The notes under the pieces were generated by a model. The model made no database searches. It was not told where the DNA came from and worked only from the letters and a program-made list of their open reading frames with translations. A stretch of 64,000 bases of DNA, from positions 21,762,001 through 21,826,000 of the forward strand of contig JAQFVV010000005.1 of assembly GCA_028023455.1 (NCBI GenBank), written 5' to 3'. Each line of letters begins with the position of its first letter. Position 1 is the stretch's first letter. The stretch comes from Epiperipatus broadwayi. Lineage: Eukaryota; Animalia; Onychophora. A program made the position numbers and the translations under genes. Positions 36,728 to 48,975 of the stretch are shown here, piece after piece.

Positions 36728-37608
36728 TTCAAACCAGCATTAAACAACAGATTATAAAGTATTAGAAGTGGATATTCAATAAAAAAACTGTTTTAGATTT
36801 GCTCATGATGGAAATTGGAAGATTCCTATAGCTGATTTTTTATTTTTTTATGTACATTTATTTATAGGATGTGCATTAGAAATCCAAGTCATTTATGCCT
36901 GAAGGTATATATGTTTCCCTGTAACTTAGTTGAGACTATGTTCAGATGTTGCAACTATAGATAGTACAGGTATTAGAACAATAAAGCCAGAAAAAGTACT
37001 GGATCTGGCTTAGTAAATAAAGAATGTTATTATATTTATCTCTACATTGAAAGTAACTCTTTCCTGTTTTTTCAACTTACAAGTCATTGCATCATCACTA
37101 TGAGTTGTTTCTCAATTCTTGATTGTTTATTGTGGAAAGTAGTTGTGGTATTGTAAAATCTGTAATAAACCTACGTCGGTTGACTGATTTTGCCTTTTTC
37201 TCTGTGCATTTCAGTAATCCAGGTGTATGCCTTTTTTCCCCCATGCTGATAGGAATAATATTCCTGAAATTTAAACTTAATTAAAAATACTCCCATGTTG
37301 GAAAAATAAACATCTACAATTAAATGTTGAATCCAGCCTTTGCCATAAGTTGACTACTTATATATTTGCATTCAATAATAGAAATTATTATTGTTGTTGT
37401 TATAGTGCATTCTGCATTTTGTTTGTAAATTGTTGTAGTGTATTGTAACAAATTTCTCTAATACAGTAGCGAGGTCTAGAAATACATAATGAATTTCAAC
37501 ATAGTAATGGAAATATGTTTTTAAACTCTAGAGTAAATAGAAGGAATTATTTATTGAACCTGCATTGTGCATATGTATTATTATTTGAGACTGAAGCCTA
37601 AATATATT

Positions 37609-38227
37609 GGTACTTGTGAGTTTTTCATTAAACCAAGATGGCAGCCCATATTTTTGGTACCAGCTAAGAAAAGTTTTATTTAATATTTAGACTTTATTAT
37701 TTATTACTATTATTTTAAAAAATAAATCATTGTGGAAAAATCAGTTACAATCTTTACAGTTTATTTTTTTTGGATTAACTTATTAACATAAAAATGAAAA
37801 AATATATATATAAATACAATATTTACATTTTATTTATGTTGGTGGTGTGCGGTCATATCATGACCATTAATGCACACTTTTTGGGAGGGCATGATCCTGT
37901 ACCTTTGGAAATAGTTCACTGCATCATGTTCTCTGACAGGAAGGTTCCAAATTTTTATCATTATGACAATTCACCAAAAAAACTGCTGACAAAAAGAAAC
38001 GCTGAATTGAACCAAAGTATGACAATGTTAAAGCATCTCATCGCTTCTCATAGTATAAGTAAAAAAAAAAAATTTGAAATAGTTTCTTAATGAAATTTAT
38101 CAGAACTTATTTCTTTTTTTTAATTTAACAATTGATTTATTAATTTTGTTTTAATTTAACAATTAACATATCTTTGGTAGATTTATCAAAAATATGAGCT
38201 GCCATTTTGGTTCTCACAATAAGTACC
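37609..38227. mobile_element. Non-autonomous TIR element (family T), copy 2
   Basis: ~45-bp imperfect TIRs starting GGTACTT and containing AACCAAGATGGCAGC; 8-bp TSD AATATATT / AATAAATT. Confidence 0.8.
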
Positions 38228-38827
38228 AATAAATTTAACTACCTAGTATTTTTAAAATAATTTTATATAATGAAAGAAAACACATTACATTTAAATTAAA
38301 GGTGGTGAGGGTTACAGAATATAAAAAGTATTAATTGAATACTTACTTTTAAAAACACAGAAAGCATGATATGAAGAACTGTTGAATCACATTCAAACTA
38401 ATGCCAATGTAGTGAAAAATATTTGCTTTTATAATATATGCAACAACTCGATATAAAAGTTGACTTATGAACCCATGCTGGGAATTGCCATTGGATAACC
38501 TATGTGTATTCTTTTTCATCTATTATTTGAAATATATTTTATTTTTCTCTCATTTTTTTTATTTTTTTATAAGGATATCTTTTTTTAAAATCTTTATTGT
38601 GTATTTTCTGTTTTATCATGTTATTTATTTGTTTTGTTTATTTTTCTTATATTTTTAACTAATGCTTATAAAAGTTATATTTGGATTTAGCTGTATAAAA
38701 TTATCAGTGATATTGTATCGACGTTTCAATTGGATCCCATCTACCATCATTTGCATAAAAAAATATTATTTTAAAATATTTAGAGGCATAACAACAACAC
38801 ATGGAACAAGACTAAAAATTCATCAAA

Positions 38828-39054
38828 TAGTTGTTTTGTTTGTTTTTGTTTTTTTTTTTTTGATATGGCAAAATGTAGTAACAGTAGATGAGTAGTCCGA
38901 TAACTTAACAGTCATTTTGAGTAAGGGAATTTAAGAATTTTTTTCCATAGTTGTTTTGTTTTTTTTTTTGATATGGCAGAAGCTAGTAACAGTAGATGAG
39001 TAGTCCGATAACTTAACGGTCATTTTGAGTAAGGGAATTTAAGAATTTTTTCCA
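38828..39054. repeat. Tandem duplication, 2 x ~110-120 bp
   Basis: TAGTTGTTTTG...GATATGGCA...GTAGTCCGATAACTTAAC...GAATTTTTTCCA occurs twice. Confidence 0.9.
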
Positions 39055-39891
39055 AATGGGATGCAATTTAGATTTATCATCATGTTTGTAGATACGGTCT
39101 GATCTCGTAAGAAACTTAATCGTCTCCAATTTTATTTTATTTTTGTAGTGGTGCTATATCTTGATAGGATTCTTGTGTTAGAAAATCCATAATATGAAAT
39201 GAGGTTACTTCTTTATTATATTAACATATTCGTCCTTATTAGCATTGTTATTGTCATAATGATTACTCATATTAACATAAGAAGGATCCACAAATTTCAT
39301 GTGTGTTTTCATAAATTTTGAGGATCTCAAGAAGGATAGAATCCTTAAATTTGGACTAATTTTTGATTAGTAGTTTACGTAACTTTTATGTTAAGCATTT
39401 CATATTAAATCTAATATTGTTTATAGTTTCTTTTATATATGGAACACAAGTTCTAATGAGTTGGGTTTTTTTTTTGCCTTCATTTTTTTATTATCATTGT
39501 ATATATTTATGTATATATTAGGCAGCAGCAACATAGGATGATCTTGATGACAATTGATTATATCATGTTATTAACAATACATTATTTCAGTTATGCAAGT
39601 TTGAAAACTTATTAATTTTGCAATTATGTAGAATGTTTTCATATGATCATAAAGATTTGTTGTTTAATTATCAGTGCCTAATAATAGTATTATCAATCTG
39701 TTTAGAACTGTCATTCTCTGCCGCCATTTTTTGTTAGTCAATCAACTGCTCTTATCATGAGTAAATAAATGTTCTTTTTTCTATCACATCCAGATTTTGT
39801 CAAACCAATACTGCATGTATCATTTTATCGCTTTGTTCTTTATAATGAAAATAAAAGATGTAGGGGCAATATCAAAACAAAAAAATAATAG

Positions 39892-40132
39892 ATATAATTT
39901 GTCCAAACTTCAAACACTTTTTAGCAAAACTCTTTATTTGTACACACACAGACACCTACGTTTCGACTGACCTGCAGTCTTCTTCAGAGCAAGACTGCAG
40001 GTCAGTCGAAACGTAGGTGTCTGTGTGTGTACAAATAAAGAGTTTTGCTAAAAAGTGTCTGAAGTTTGGACAAATTATATTTATAGGATATTACGGCAAA
40101 CATAAAGAAAAGTGTGATTTTGGTAATATTTA
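39892..40132 (+). mobile_element. Palindromic Penelope pseudo-LTR-like insertion (family P)
   Basis: ~90-bp arms (39892-39982 / 39991-40080, one mismatch), 52-nt tail, 13-bp TSD AAAAAAATAATAG at 39879 and 40133. Confidence 0.88.
39953..39990 (-). ncRNA. Minimal type I hammerhead of the Penelope-associated kind
   Basis: Minus strand GCT-CTGAAGA-A-GACTG-CAGGT-CAGTC-GAAAC-GTA-GGTG; loopless palindromic stem III (ACGT), 5-bp stem II, stem I truncated by the foldback junction. Confidence 0.75.
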
Positions 40133-40189
40133 AAAAAAATAATAGTTTCTGGTGAAAATAAGGATAATATAAGTTTGTAATTAGGTCAG

Positions 40190-40700
40190 ATTGTTCAGAA
40201 TTTTAACAAAAGTCTTCCATCATTTTATAATCTCTGATTTCCAAGTTTTTTGTATTAAAGAATCTATCTCTCTTTTTTTTTCTTCTAATACCCACATGAT
40301 GGCAATTTTGAAATTGGTTTCTATAGAGATTACAGTCAAATATAGCTTATCTTGCTTTTTGTTTACTATTTCCTCTGTTTTTTTATAATCTTAATGTTTT
40401 TATATAAAAATTGCTTGCAGTAACTAAAGCACTTTCATAATTGGTCGTGAATGAACAATCATCTTTTTTTTTTTTACCCAAAGTTAATAGCATTGATTTA
40501 ATCATTTAGCATTTTTAGTGACAATCCCAAATATTCTCGATCCATTTCAAATTGTTGAACGTTATATCCATTTTATAGCTCTTTATTTAAATATATTTGA
40601 TAATTCAATCTAATGATATGGAAATTTTAGCATCCTAAGATTTTGAATCTTTGCCAGTGTGTTTGTTTAGCTAATTAGACTTGAAATTAATTTAGAACTA
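40190..40700 (-). mobile_element. Highly decayed RTE-like LINE fragments
   Basis: Motif spacing resembling the RTE RT N-terminal region and C-terminus on the minus strand. Confidence 0.4.
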
Positions 40701-43700
40701 TTAATAACAATGGCAAACAAATTACCAACATTTTTAACATTTTTTTGAACAGAATGTTAATTGCTTAGAGGACATGTGATATTCGAGCACCTGAAATGGC
40801 ATATCCTGAACTTTTAATTCTCGAGTTCATCAATCAGTCACTGATAAACTATTAGAATGATTGTATTGCCAAATATAAAGTATCACATGGCTTTCTAAAT
40901 ATAAAGTTAAAATAGAAAATTGTGATCTTTAACATATTCATATAAATCTAGTGTGCTTGACTGTGATGATGAAAGACAGCATTATTATTAATGCAAATTA
41001 TGTTTTTGAAATAATAAACATTTGGGGGGGAGGGAGAGAAAGAAGGCATATTGCTATTATGAAGTGTAAACCTGCAGAGTTATAAAGCTGCTACATCTGC
41101 AAACTTTTCAAATTCATCTGTCAGATTTTTTTATCTTTGTATTAAAATTTTTATGTTTATCATATATATATTGTGAGAGTACGTCAAACTCTTCACATAT
41201 ATATATCAAAATAAAAAAATGCAACACACGCCTATCCTGAATATCATTGTTAACTATAATCATTAAATATTTTATTATTGATTTTATATATTAATAATTA
41301 CGTATAAATTGTTACGTTAAAAATTATAACTTGAAGACTTATTAACTATACTAACGTGTAGATAATCACCTTGTAAAAGAAATACATATGAACCCTAAAA
41401 TTATTAAAGGAAAGAAAAAAATATTAAATTTTAATCTTTGTTTGTAATTCATTTATTAATAAAATACATTATAATTGAAACAAGAAAAATGTGAATTAAA
41501 ATCAACAAGAGATATAGAATGGTTAACAGAAAAGAAAAATAAATGTTTTTTTTCTTCCTCTCGAAAATCAAAAGGGAGACTTAAATACAACTCTGATTTG
41601 TCACAAAATTTGGAGTAAAATATAAATTCTGAACCACTATTCAGAATCAATTCGACAACAATTAGAAAATTATAAAATCTTCAAAAAGGAAAACAATTTT
41701 GGAAAATAAACAGGAAAACGTGCTTATTAATACAGATTGATTTTACCTACGTAAAAGTACATTTTACAAATACCATCAAGAAAATCTCTTTTGGAATCCT
41801 ATTGAAGCTGAATATTAAAAGAAATCAATTACTTCATTATATATATAGAATCATATAAAAAAAAACCACATTATCAAATTTCAATAGAATTAGTAATTTT
41901 AAATAACAGTGGTCGGCTAGAAGGAAAGAAACATCGTGGACATGGAATGTTAACTATACTTCTATAATGTCAAATCTAACTTCACTGAAAATCAAATCTA
42001 TCTGCCGATGATAAACGTCAAATAAGAAATGAATTGCTACAAACCTTAGGAAATCCTTAGATGGAAATAACTATCATAAATGGAGGAATGAAGACACCAT
42101 CTGGATACTTTGAACAACAGCATTCAAACATGGATTTGTACATATTGAAAAATGAGAAAGAAAGGATCCTTAAAGTGGAAAGTTATTCCATCTGTCAATC
42201 TAAATCATTTCTAAATTCTAGGCTCGACTACACATTAATATCATATATATATATATGATTCTCATATTTTTATTTTTATTTTTTTCTTTCTTTTAAGAAT
42301 AGGGCAAACATCATTCAACTCTAACCTAAAGTTATTAAAATTCTTATTAATAAAATGTAAAGATAAAGTTCCCAAGGTAAATTAATAACATTGTGACTAT
42401 CAACAGACTAAAAGGGTAAGACATTACTCTAGCTAATTTTAATTATATGTACTATGACAATTATAATATTATGAGTGTAATTTGTTTGTTATAATTAATA
42501 TATTTATTAAAATTTTGTTTTGTTATTCAGAATGAATGATTAACATTTTGGTATAAATGATCTATTCTATCATATGTTAACATCAAGAATAGAATTCAAA
42601 ATAAAGGATATTGTTAAGTTATATTCATGTGATATGACTTCCTGGCAATAGGAAAATCCATTATAAAATACAGATCTTTACTCGGATGAATAGCAAGTTT
42701 ATTTTATCTTATAATAGATCATTTTGTTCAGATAACCAAATGATCATCCATCCTAATAGTATATCAATGACAGTGTACTATATAATAGAGAAGTAAGAAT
42801 GAAGGATGATCATATTTATTTCATTTTACATGTTTCTTTTTTATAACTTATATTATGTTACATTGAGTTATGAATATAGTGTATTATCTATATGATTTAT
42901 TAAACATTAGTTAATATAATTATATTCGTAATTATTTATCTATTTTGCAGTTCATCACATTACCATATATTGTACAAACATATAACTGATATACAAGCAG
43001 GATATAATCTTATCCCTGAACTAGAACTCATATATATTCTTCCTGAGTTCGAATTCCGTGGAATGAGAACAGATTAGGGAGTACATGAAATAAACAAATA
43101 ATATGAATTTCCTACTATTTTAATATGATAATTTCCTAATTATATTGATGAAATAACATATATTATTCCGTTGCATATAGTATTTGATGATTAAATTATT
43201 TTTGTTTGTCTATACACATGTTCAATCTGTCCTAAATGCCTCTTCCATTACACATATTATTCTAAAGTAACAGATAATCATATGAGGGTAAAGTGACATT
43301 TTTGTCGTCCCGTTACAATCGAAAGGGCTAATTCTTTACACATATATAAAATATGATCATGCTTTCATTTTCATACTCATATTGACTTGTTTTTATTCTT
43401 TTTATTTAAATTATAAATAATCATATAACAACTGGTAGAATATCAGCTCTGTATGGAAACTTCTACAAACTAGACAAAATTGCAACAGGAATATAGCTTT
43501 GAATTTTCATAACTCCTAGACTTGATTATTTTAGCAAGATTTATGATTTGCCTAATTAATATTTTTTATTTGATTTTGAATGCATTTATTTTTAAAATAA
43601 TAAACATATTATAATAAAAAAAATATGGTTGTTTTACAATAGCGTGTTGAAACTGCCGGAGGGCGTTATTCTATGATAGCGCACAGAAATATGCCGTTTA

Positions 43701-44399
43701 GGCGGCCTCCGCCGCTATCGAACGTTCTATTTCTAATGCGTAAGCCTAGAAATAGTCCGTTGATACGGGGGGGGGGTGGCTACTGTGTTTATATCTATGC
43801 TAATGCACAGAAACATGACATTTAATCTGCCGCAGAAGCTATCGTGTCAGCTTACAGCTCAGATTTGAGCTAAGCATTTTGGATGTGCGATCACATTTCA
43901 CTTTTGGCTAAGTATTGTCTGAGGGTGGCTGGAATTCCGATTGTCAAAACTATTTTAATATTCATTAAGACTACCTCTCCCTCTATCTCCCCTGTTTTAG
44001 GAAGGTCTACTAACAATTACGAGCAGAGTCTCATGCTTCCCTAGCCCCCATTTCCTGCTGAAAAAATTGGGCAAGTGTAGGTACAAACGCGATTCCTATC
44101 AAATCATGCTGTAAGTCATGTTTCGTGCGAGAACAACTGCCAGCTGAATCAAATGGCTGAAATAGGAAACTTTACGAATGTCAAAGAAAGAATTGTTCTC
44201 TGACTGCTGGAACCGGGTTATCAAACAAAACAGCTTGAAGCTGCATGTGTGCTGTTTTTTTCCTGAAGAGCCCAAAAAGTTGGTTTTAATTGCCGTATAT
44301 ATGTATGTGTTTGGTAATTACCATCAAAACTTTGTCTACCTTTGAGTTTTTTGTGTTCCCTTCTGTTAGCAATTGGAAACACCCTCCCCCCCCCCTTTT

Positions 44400-44700
44400 C
44401 CCCCTCTCCCAAAGTTTGACTTTGGCTTGTAAATGTTACCGTTAAATGGAAATAGATTTATTTATAATTTATAAAAATAAAACAAACAAACATAAAAAAG
44501 AAGAATCGGCTGATTTTTTTGTCGTAGAATACCGAACCGAAAATATAAGGGTTTAATGAGAAGAATAAAAAAAAAAAAGTGGTAACTACTGGGGGAAAAC
44601 CTCGAAAGCGCTCGGCCCATTTAATTGTTTTTGGTTTTTGCAGCTTCTTCGTTAGCGGGTAAATCGCTTTTATATGCTATTTTTAATTGATGTATTTTTT
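44400..44700. promoter_or_regulatory. Probable divergent promoter zone
   Basis: CpG-richer region; minus-strand donor ACG|GTAACA near 44439; plus-strand small exon TTTTTGCAG|CTTCTTCGTTAGCGG|GTAAAT at ~44644-44658. Confidence 0.45.
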
Positions 44701-45089
44701 GGGGGGGGTTGCCAAAATTGATTTGATAGCCGCCGTACTTTTTAAATGTGATAAACAACAACAAAAAAAAAACAACAAATAAATACATAGACCGGAAGAA
44801 AAAAACCCAGCCCCCGAAAATATAAATAATGAAAAGAATTAAAAAAAATAATTAAGTACTTTTACATGTAAATTCATTTTTTTTAATTTTTTTATGCATT
44901 TTTTTTTTGGTTGTGTTTAAAAAATTGATTTGATATTACTTTTATAAATGTGATAAACAAAAAACCAAAAAAAAAAAAGAAACCCGGCCCCGGAAACATT
45001 ATATTTATCTTGTTTACAAACAAACCACGCCCTCCGGCGATATCAACATGCTATTATAAAACAACCAAAAATAATTTATCATTTTCAAC

Positions 45090-45550
45090 TATTAACAATC
45101 CATTACAGGATGAAAATCTCTTCAAGTTTAATTCACTCTCTCCCATATCTAGTCTTCTTCTAATCATCCCTAATAAAATTTTATTATTTCATCTATTCAT
45201 CTCACATATGGTCCTTTTTTGGGTCTTTTACAATCATTTGGGATCCTATTTAATTCTATATATCTAGCTTAAAAATATTTTTTTTTAAAAAAAAGACATC
45301 AATAAATACTTATGAATTAATAAATCACAATGATGTGAACCATATATTTCATCATCATTTTCAAACATTATTGATCTACTGCAGGATGAAGATCTCTCCA
45401 AATTCAATCCATTTTCTCTGATCTTTAATCACTCTTTTCCATATCACTTTAGCACACTTTCTTATTTCATCCATCCATCTCTCATATGGTCTTTAGGACT
45501 TTTACAAACACTTGGAATCCAGTTTAAGATTTCAACTGTCCATCTATTAT
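45090..45550 (-). mobile_element. Two adjacent RTE LINE 3'-end fragments
   Basis: Reverse complement matches the 3' ends at 8480-8660 and 62130-62316. Confidence 0.75.
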
Positions 45551-46437
45551 ATATTTATTTATTTAACTAAAAAAGAAGTGTTATCTTTTATAAATTATAA
45601 TTGAATAAGAATTATGATAAATTAGAAATTGTAGTTGAATAAGAATTTGTTTGAAGACAGAATTAAGTGGGTATTAAAAAAAATCAACTTGAATATGAAA
45701 TGTGCAAACAATTTTAAAAATAGATTTCTTTTAAAGAATTTGAACTGATTGGTAAATTTTGTTTCTTTTATTATATAAAAAAAGTGTATACAAAATCTAA
45801 GTATATATTACATTTAACTTTTGTTTAAGTTTCCATTATTATATGAATGTTTTAAAGATACAGGGTATTTATAATGAGGACAGGATATAAACGTATTGTT
45901 GAATTATTCTTAATTGGAAAAAATCACTAGTCCAGAAAAGTTTCTGTAAGCATCACCTTAAGACTATGCACCTGAACTTCAATAGAGTGAAGATAAAAAG
46001 ATCCACTATGATGTCATGCTTTTCCAGATCTGACCATAATGGAATAGCAAAAAAAAAATCCATTTCACCAGACTAGTCAATTCCCAAATAGAAGTAGGTT
46101 TTTATTTTTTATTTTGACCTATACTTAATAATAGTTAAATAACAAATTTACCATCCAGTAATTGGTCAACTACTTCTCAGAAACAAAAATTTTAAAACTT
46201 GCTTAGAAATCTTCACTTATGTAGAGGGGGAAAATAATCATGTTTTACTCAGATTCAAGCTCCTGGTTCTGAGCATTAAGGCAGATAGATGTGCTAACCA
46301 CTCTTTATAAACTTTAAGCATAATCATATATAGTCTATGATTTTGGTTTCAAAATTGGCTGCTGAGTTATTGTTTTTTTTCTATCTGTGGACAAATAAAG
46401 GATTAAAAAACGATTTTGTTATTGTTCTTTGTTGCAG

Positions 46438-46654
46438 CTGGGGATATTATTATTTCTAAACCAGAACATCATATAGTTTATGGCTCGAATGGTCATATGA
46501 CATTCAAGCACTCAAATGGTTTTATTGTTCAGGAGTTTGTAAGAAGTTTCAGCACCAAAAATGCAACTGGATATCTTAAGTTTCCAAGTCTGCCTTTCTA
46601 CCACTGCATCGAACCACTCGTGGCAAAAAGAAGGCGAATGATTTTATTGTTTAG
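46438..46654 (+). other. Candidate internal exon (217 nt) of the plus-strand gene starting near 44600; product unknown
   Basis: Acceptor TTCTTTGTTGCAG, donor AG|GTATGC, higher GC than flanks, one frame open throughout (ATG at 46497), and several short uORF-like frames. Confidence 0.4.
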
Positions 46655-48525
46655 GTATGCCAAACAAGTGCTGGAATTGATAGAATTGAACTACAGTCCA
46701 TGGATATTGAGTTCCATTGCTACTTTACTACTGCACCAAACTATACTGAGCACCAGTTTTATTAAATTGATCAGACTAAGATATGTATATACTGGGCTGA
46801 GAATTGATTTAGGACTTTAGCCCCTCAGCTAGCTATTCAGTCAATGTTCTAAATTTCATAGAATTATTTTTGAAACACATACTTGAAAGGATAAATTGGT
46901 GCATTTTGATTTACATGTGTTAAACTTACTCCATCCACAACTTTGACATAATCCACTTTAGATACAAAAAATTTTTAATGATTATCTCATTTATTAGACT
47001 GTCTCTAGCCCAGAAATAAACTTTAAATCTCAGTTAAGGATTAATATATGTTTTTAATTAAACACACACATGGAGTAATGCAACTTTTTTTTTTAACTTT
47101 TTAAACAAAAGGGTTTTTTTTTAAACTAATTATAAACAAAAAACCAGAAGGATTATTTTAGTTTGACATTGAGTCTGGAAAACAGCTGTTTTAACTTTAA
47201 TTAAATATTTTTCTGCAACACAATTTGAAATCTCTCTTCACACATACACACACTTGTTTGCATCCATTTAAAAATAAAACACCTTGCAAAAATATTTAAA
47301 ATTTGAATTATAAAAAAGCTGTTTTATTTAAAGAAAAAATAATTAACTGCATTTTCACCCACCCCCCTTCATCATTTTAAAACAACTTTTAATTAAAATA
47401 AACCAGTTTGAAATAATTGTGTGTGTGCGCACGCACTTCTATTGCCTATATATGCAGAGTAACTAAAAACTTCATTTTTGTTATATATTGCATTTAATTG
47501 AAAATAAAATATTTAAAATTCAATTTGTAATTATTTTATAATTAAAATGGTAGTTGAAATAAATTCCCATATTAAGTTGTTTTTGTAAATGCATATAATA
47601 ATAAGTCAAGTAATTAAAGGATTTACTTGAGGAAAAAATAAGTTTGGAAAACAGGTAAATTGGGATTGTAAAATAAAAAAGGACTTGTCACAAGCATTAA
47701 TGCATGATGAGTAGCTACATCAGGCTGTAAGAGAAAGGTGAGCCATCTCAGCTATGAAAAATAAATCATTTGAACTGAAGATGACCTTGATTTTTTTAAA
47801 AAATATATATATAAGAATAGTATATACCTGGGTATTTTATCTGATTATCTAAATTAAATTGCTTTTTTATTTAATTTATGACGTTGTAATTATTTTTATT
47901 TCCCACCATAACAAATGGACTATTTATTCCATCTGCATAAGAAATTAGAGCATAATAATATGTTCTAGCTTAAGAAAAGAATTTTGAAAACTTGTTGCAA
48001 CACAAAATAAAGAAATAAGCAGTTTAATTTATCTTACATCAAAAATAAGTATTCTAGCACCATTTTGCCAACCAAAATTATAATTCTTTGAATGTATCTA
48101 TTCATATCCATGCTTGGGTAAATTTAACCATGGTGAAACTTTTCTGAGAGGTCATAAAATTTTATTTTCACACTTGGGTACTTGCATATTAGTCTGCAGT
48201 GAAATTCCACTCTTCATTACTTATGATTATTTATGATTGCTAAATATTTGATAGTATGTTTTATTTAAATAATTAAGTAAATTTAACTTTCAAAGATATA
48301 AAAAATCATTTTTAAGGAAGTTGTAAATAACAACTCCACTTTCTGTATTAATGTCAATTTATTTACATAGCAAAAGACAGCTATCTTTAAAGCATAAGTA
48401 AGTCAGTTATAGCTAGAAGTTAATAAAGAATGTATAATAGATATAAAATACTCTAGAGATCTTCAATAACTTATCTTTGAAAATTAAATTCACTTAATTA
48501 AATAAAATGTACTATCAAATATTTA

Positions 48526-48975
48526 AAATTATTAGATCGGATATCAAACTTCGATAATGCGTTGTTACTTAAATATTATAAATCACTCACACGTCAGTAA
48601 GAGTTTAAAAAACTTAAGTGAATCACTTAAGTTTAGAGTGCATTTCTATATGTACACCAATTTTCACTGACCATGCTAAATCAGGGCTTGAGTTTATTGT
48701 GTACCTGATGTTATAATCAAATTTTGAATTGCACAAATCCATTTAACCTATCACAGGAGAACGAGTGCCTTATTTTTAATTACCCACGATCAGACAAATA
48801 CGACTTATAAATGTAAATCTATTATTATAAAGTGCTGAAAATCTTGAAATTGTTAGATCGGAAGTGAAACTCCCATAGTGCATGGAGATTTGTAATATTT
48901 AAGTAATAGCGCATTATTGGAATTCGACTTCCGATCTAACAATTTTAAGATTTTCAGCATTTTATAATAATAGAT
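48526..48975 (+). mobile_element. Family D foldback insertion (321-bp unit)
   Basis: Direct repeat AAATT(A/G)TTAGATCGG at 48526 and 48847, inverted right arm with 30-nt tail, exact 13-bp TSD TATCAAATATTTA at 48513 and 48976. Confidence 0.8.

Noticed and set aside
43675-43768. HDV-like ribozyme (7-bp P1 GATAGCG/CGCTATC)
   Set aside because: No convincing P2, P1.1 or J4/2 catalytic C motif; kept only as a generic structured element.
47703-47778. C/D box snoRNA candidate (ATGATGA ... CTGA)
   Set aside because: No terminal stem and no recognisable guide sequence.
48815-48850. Resemblance of ATCTATTATTATAAAGTGCTGAAAA to Helitron-type 5' ends
   Set aside because: The exact 13-bp TSD and tail architecture argue against rolling-circle DNA transposition, which normally leaves no TSD.
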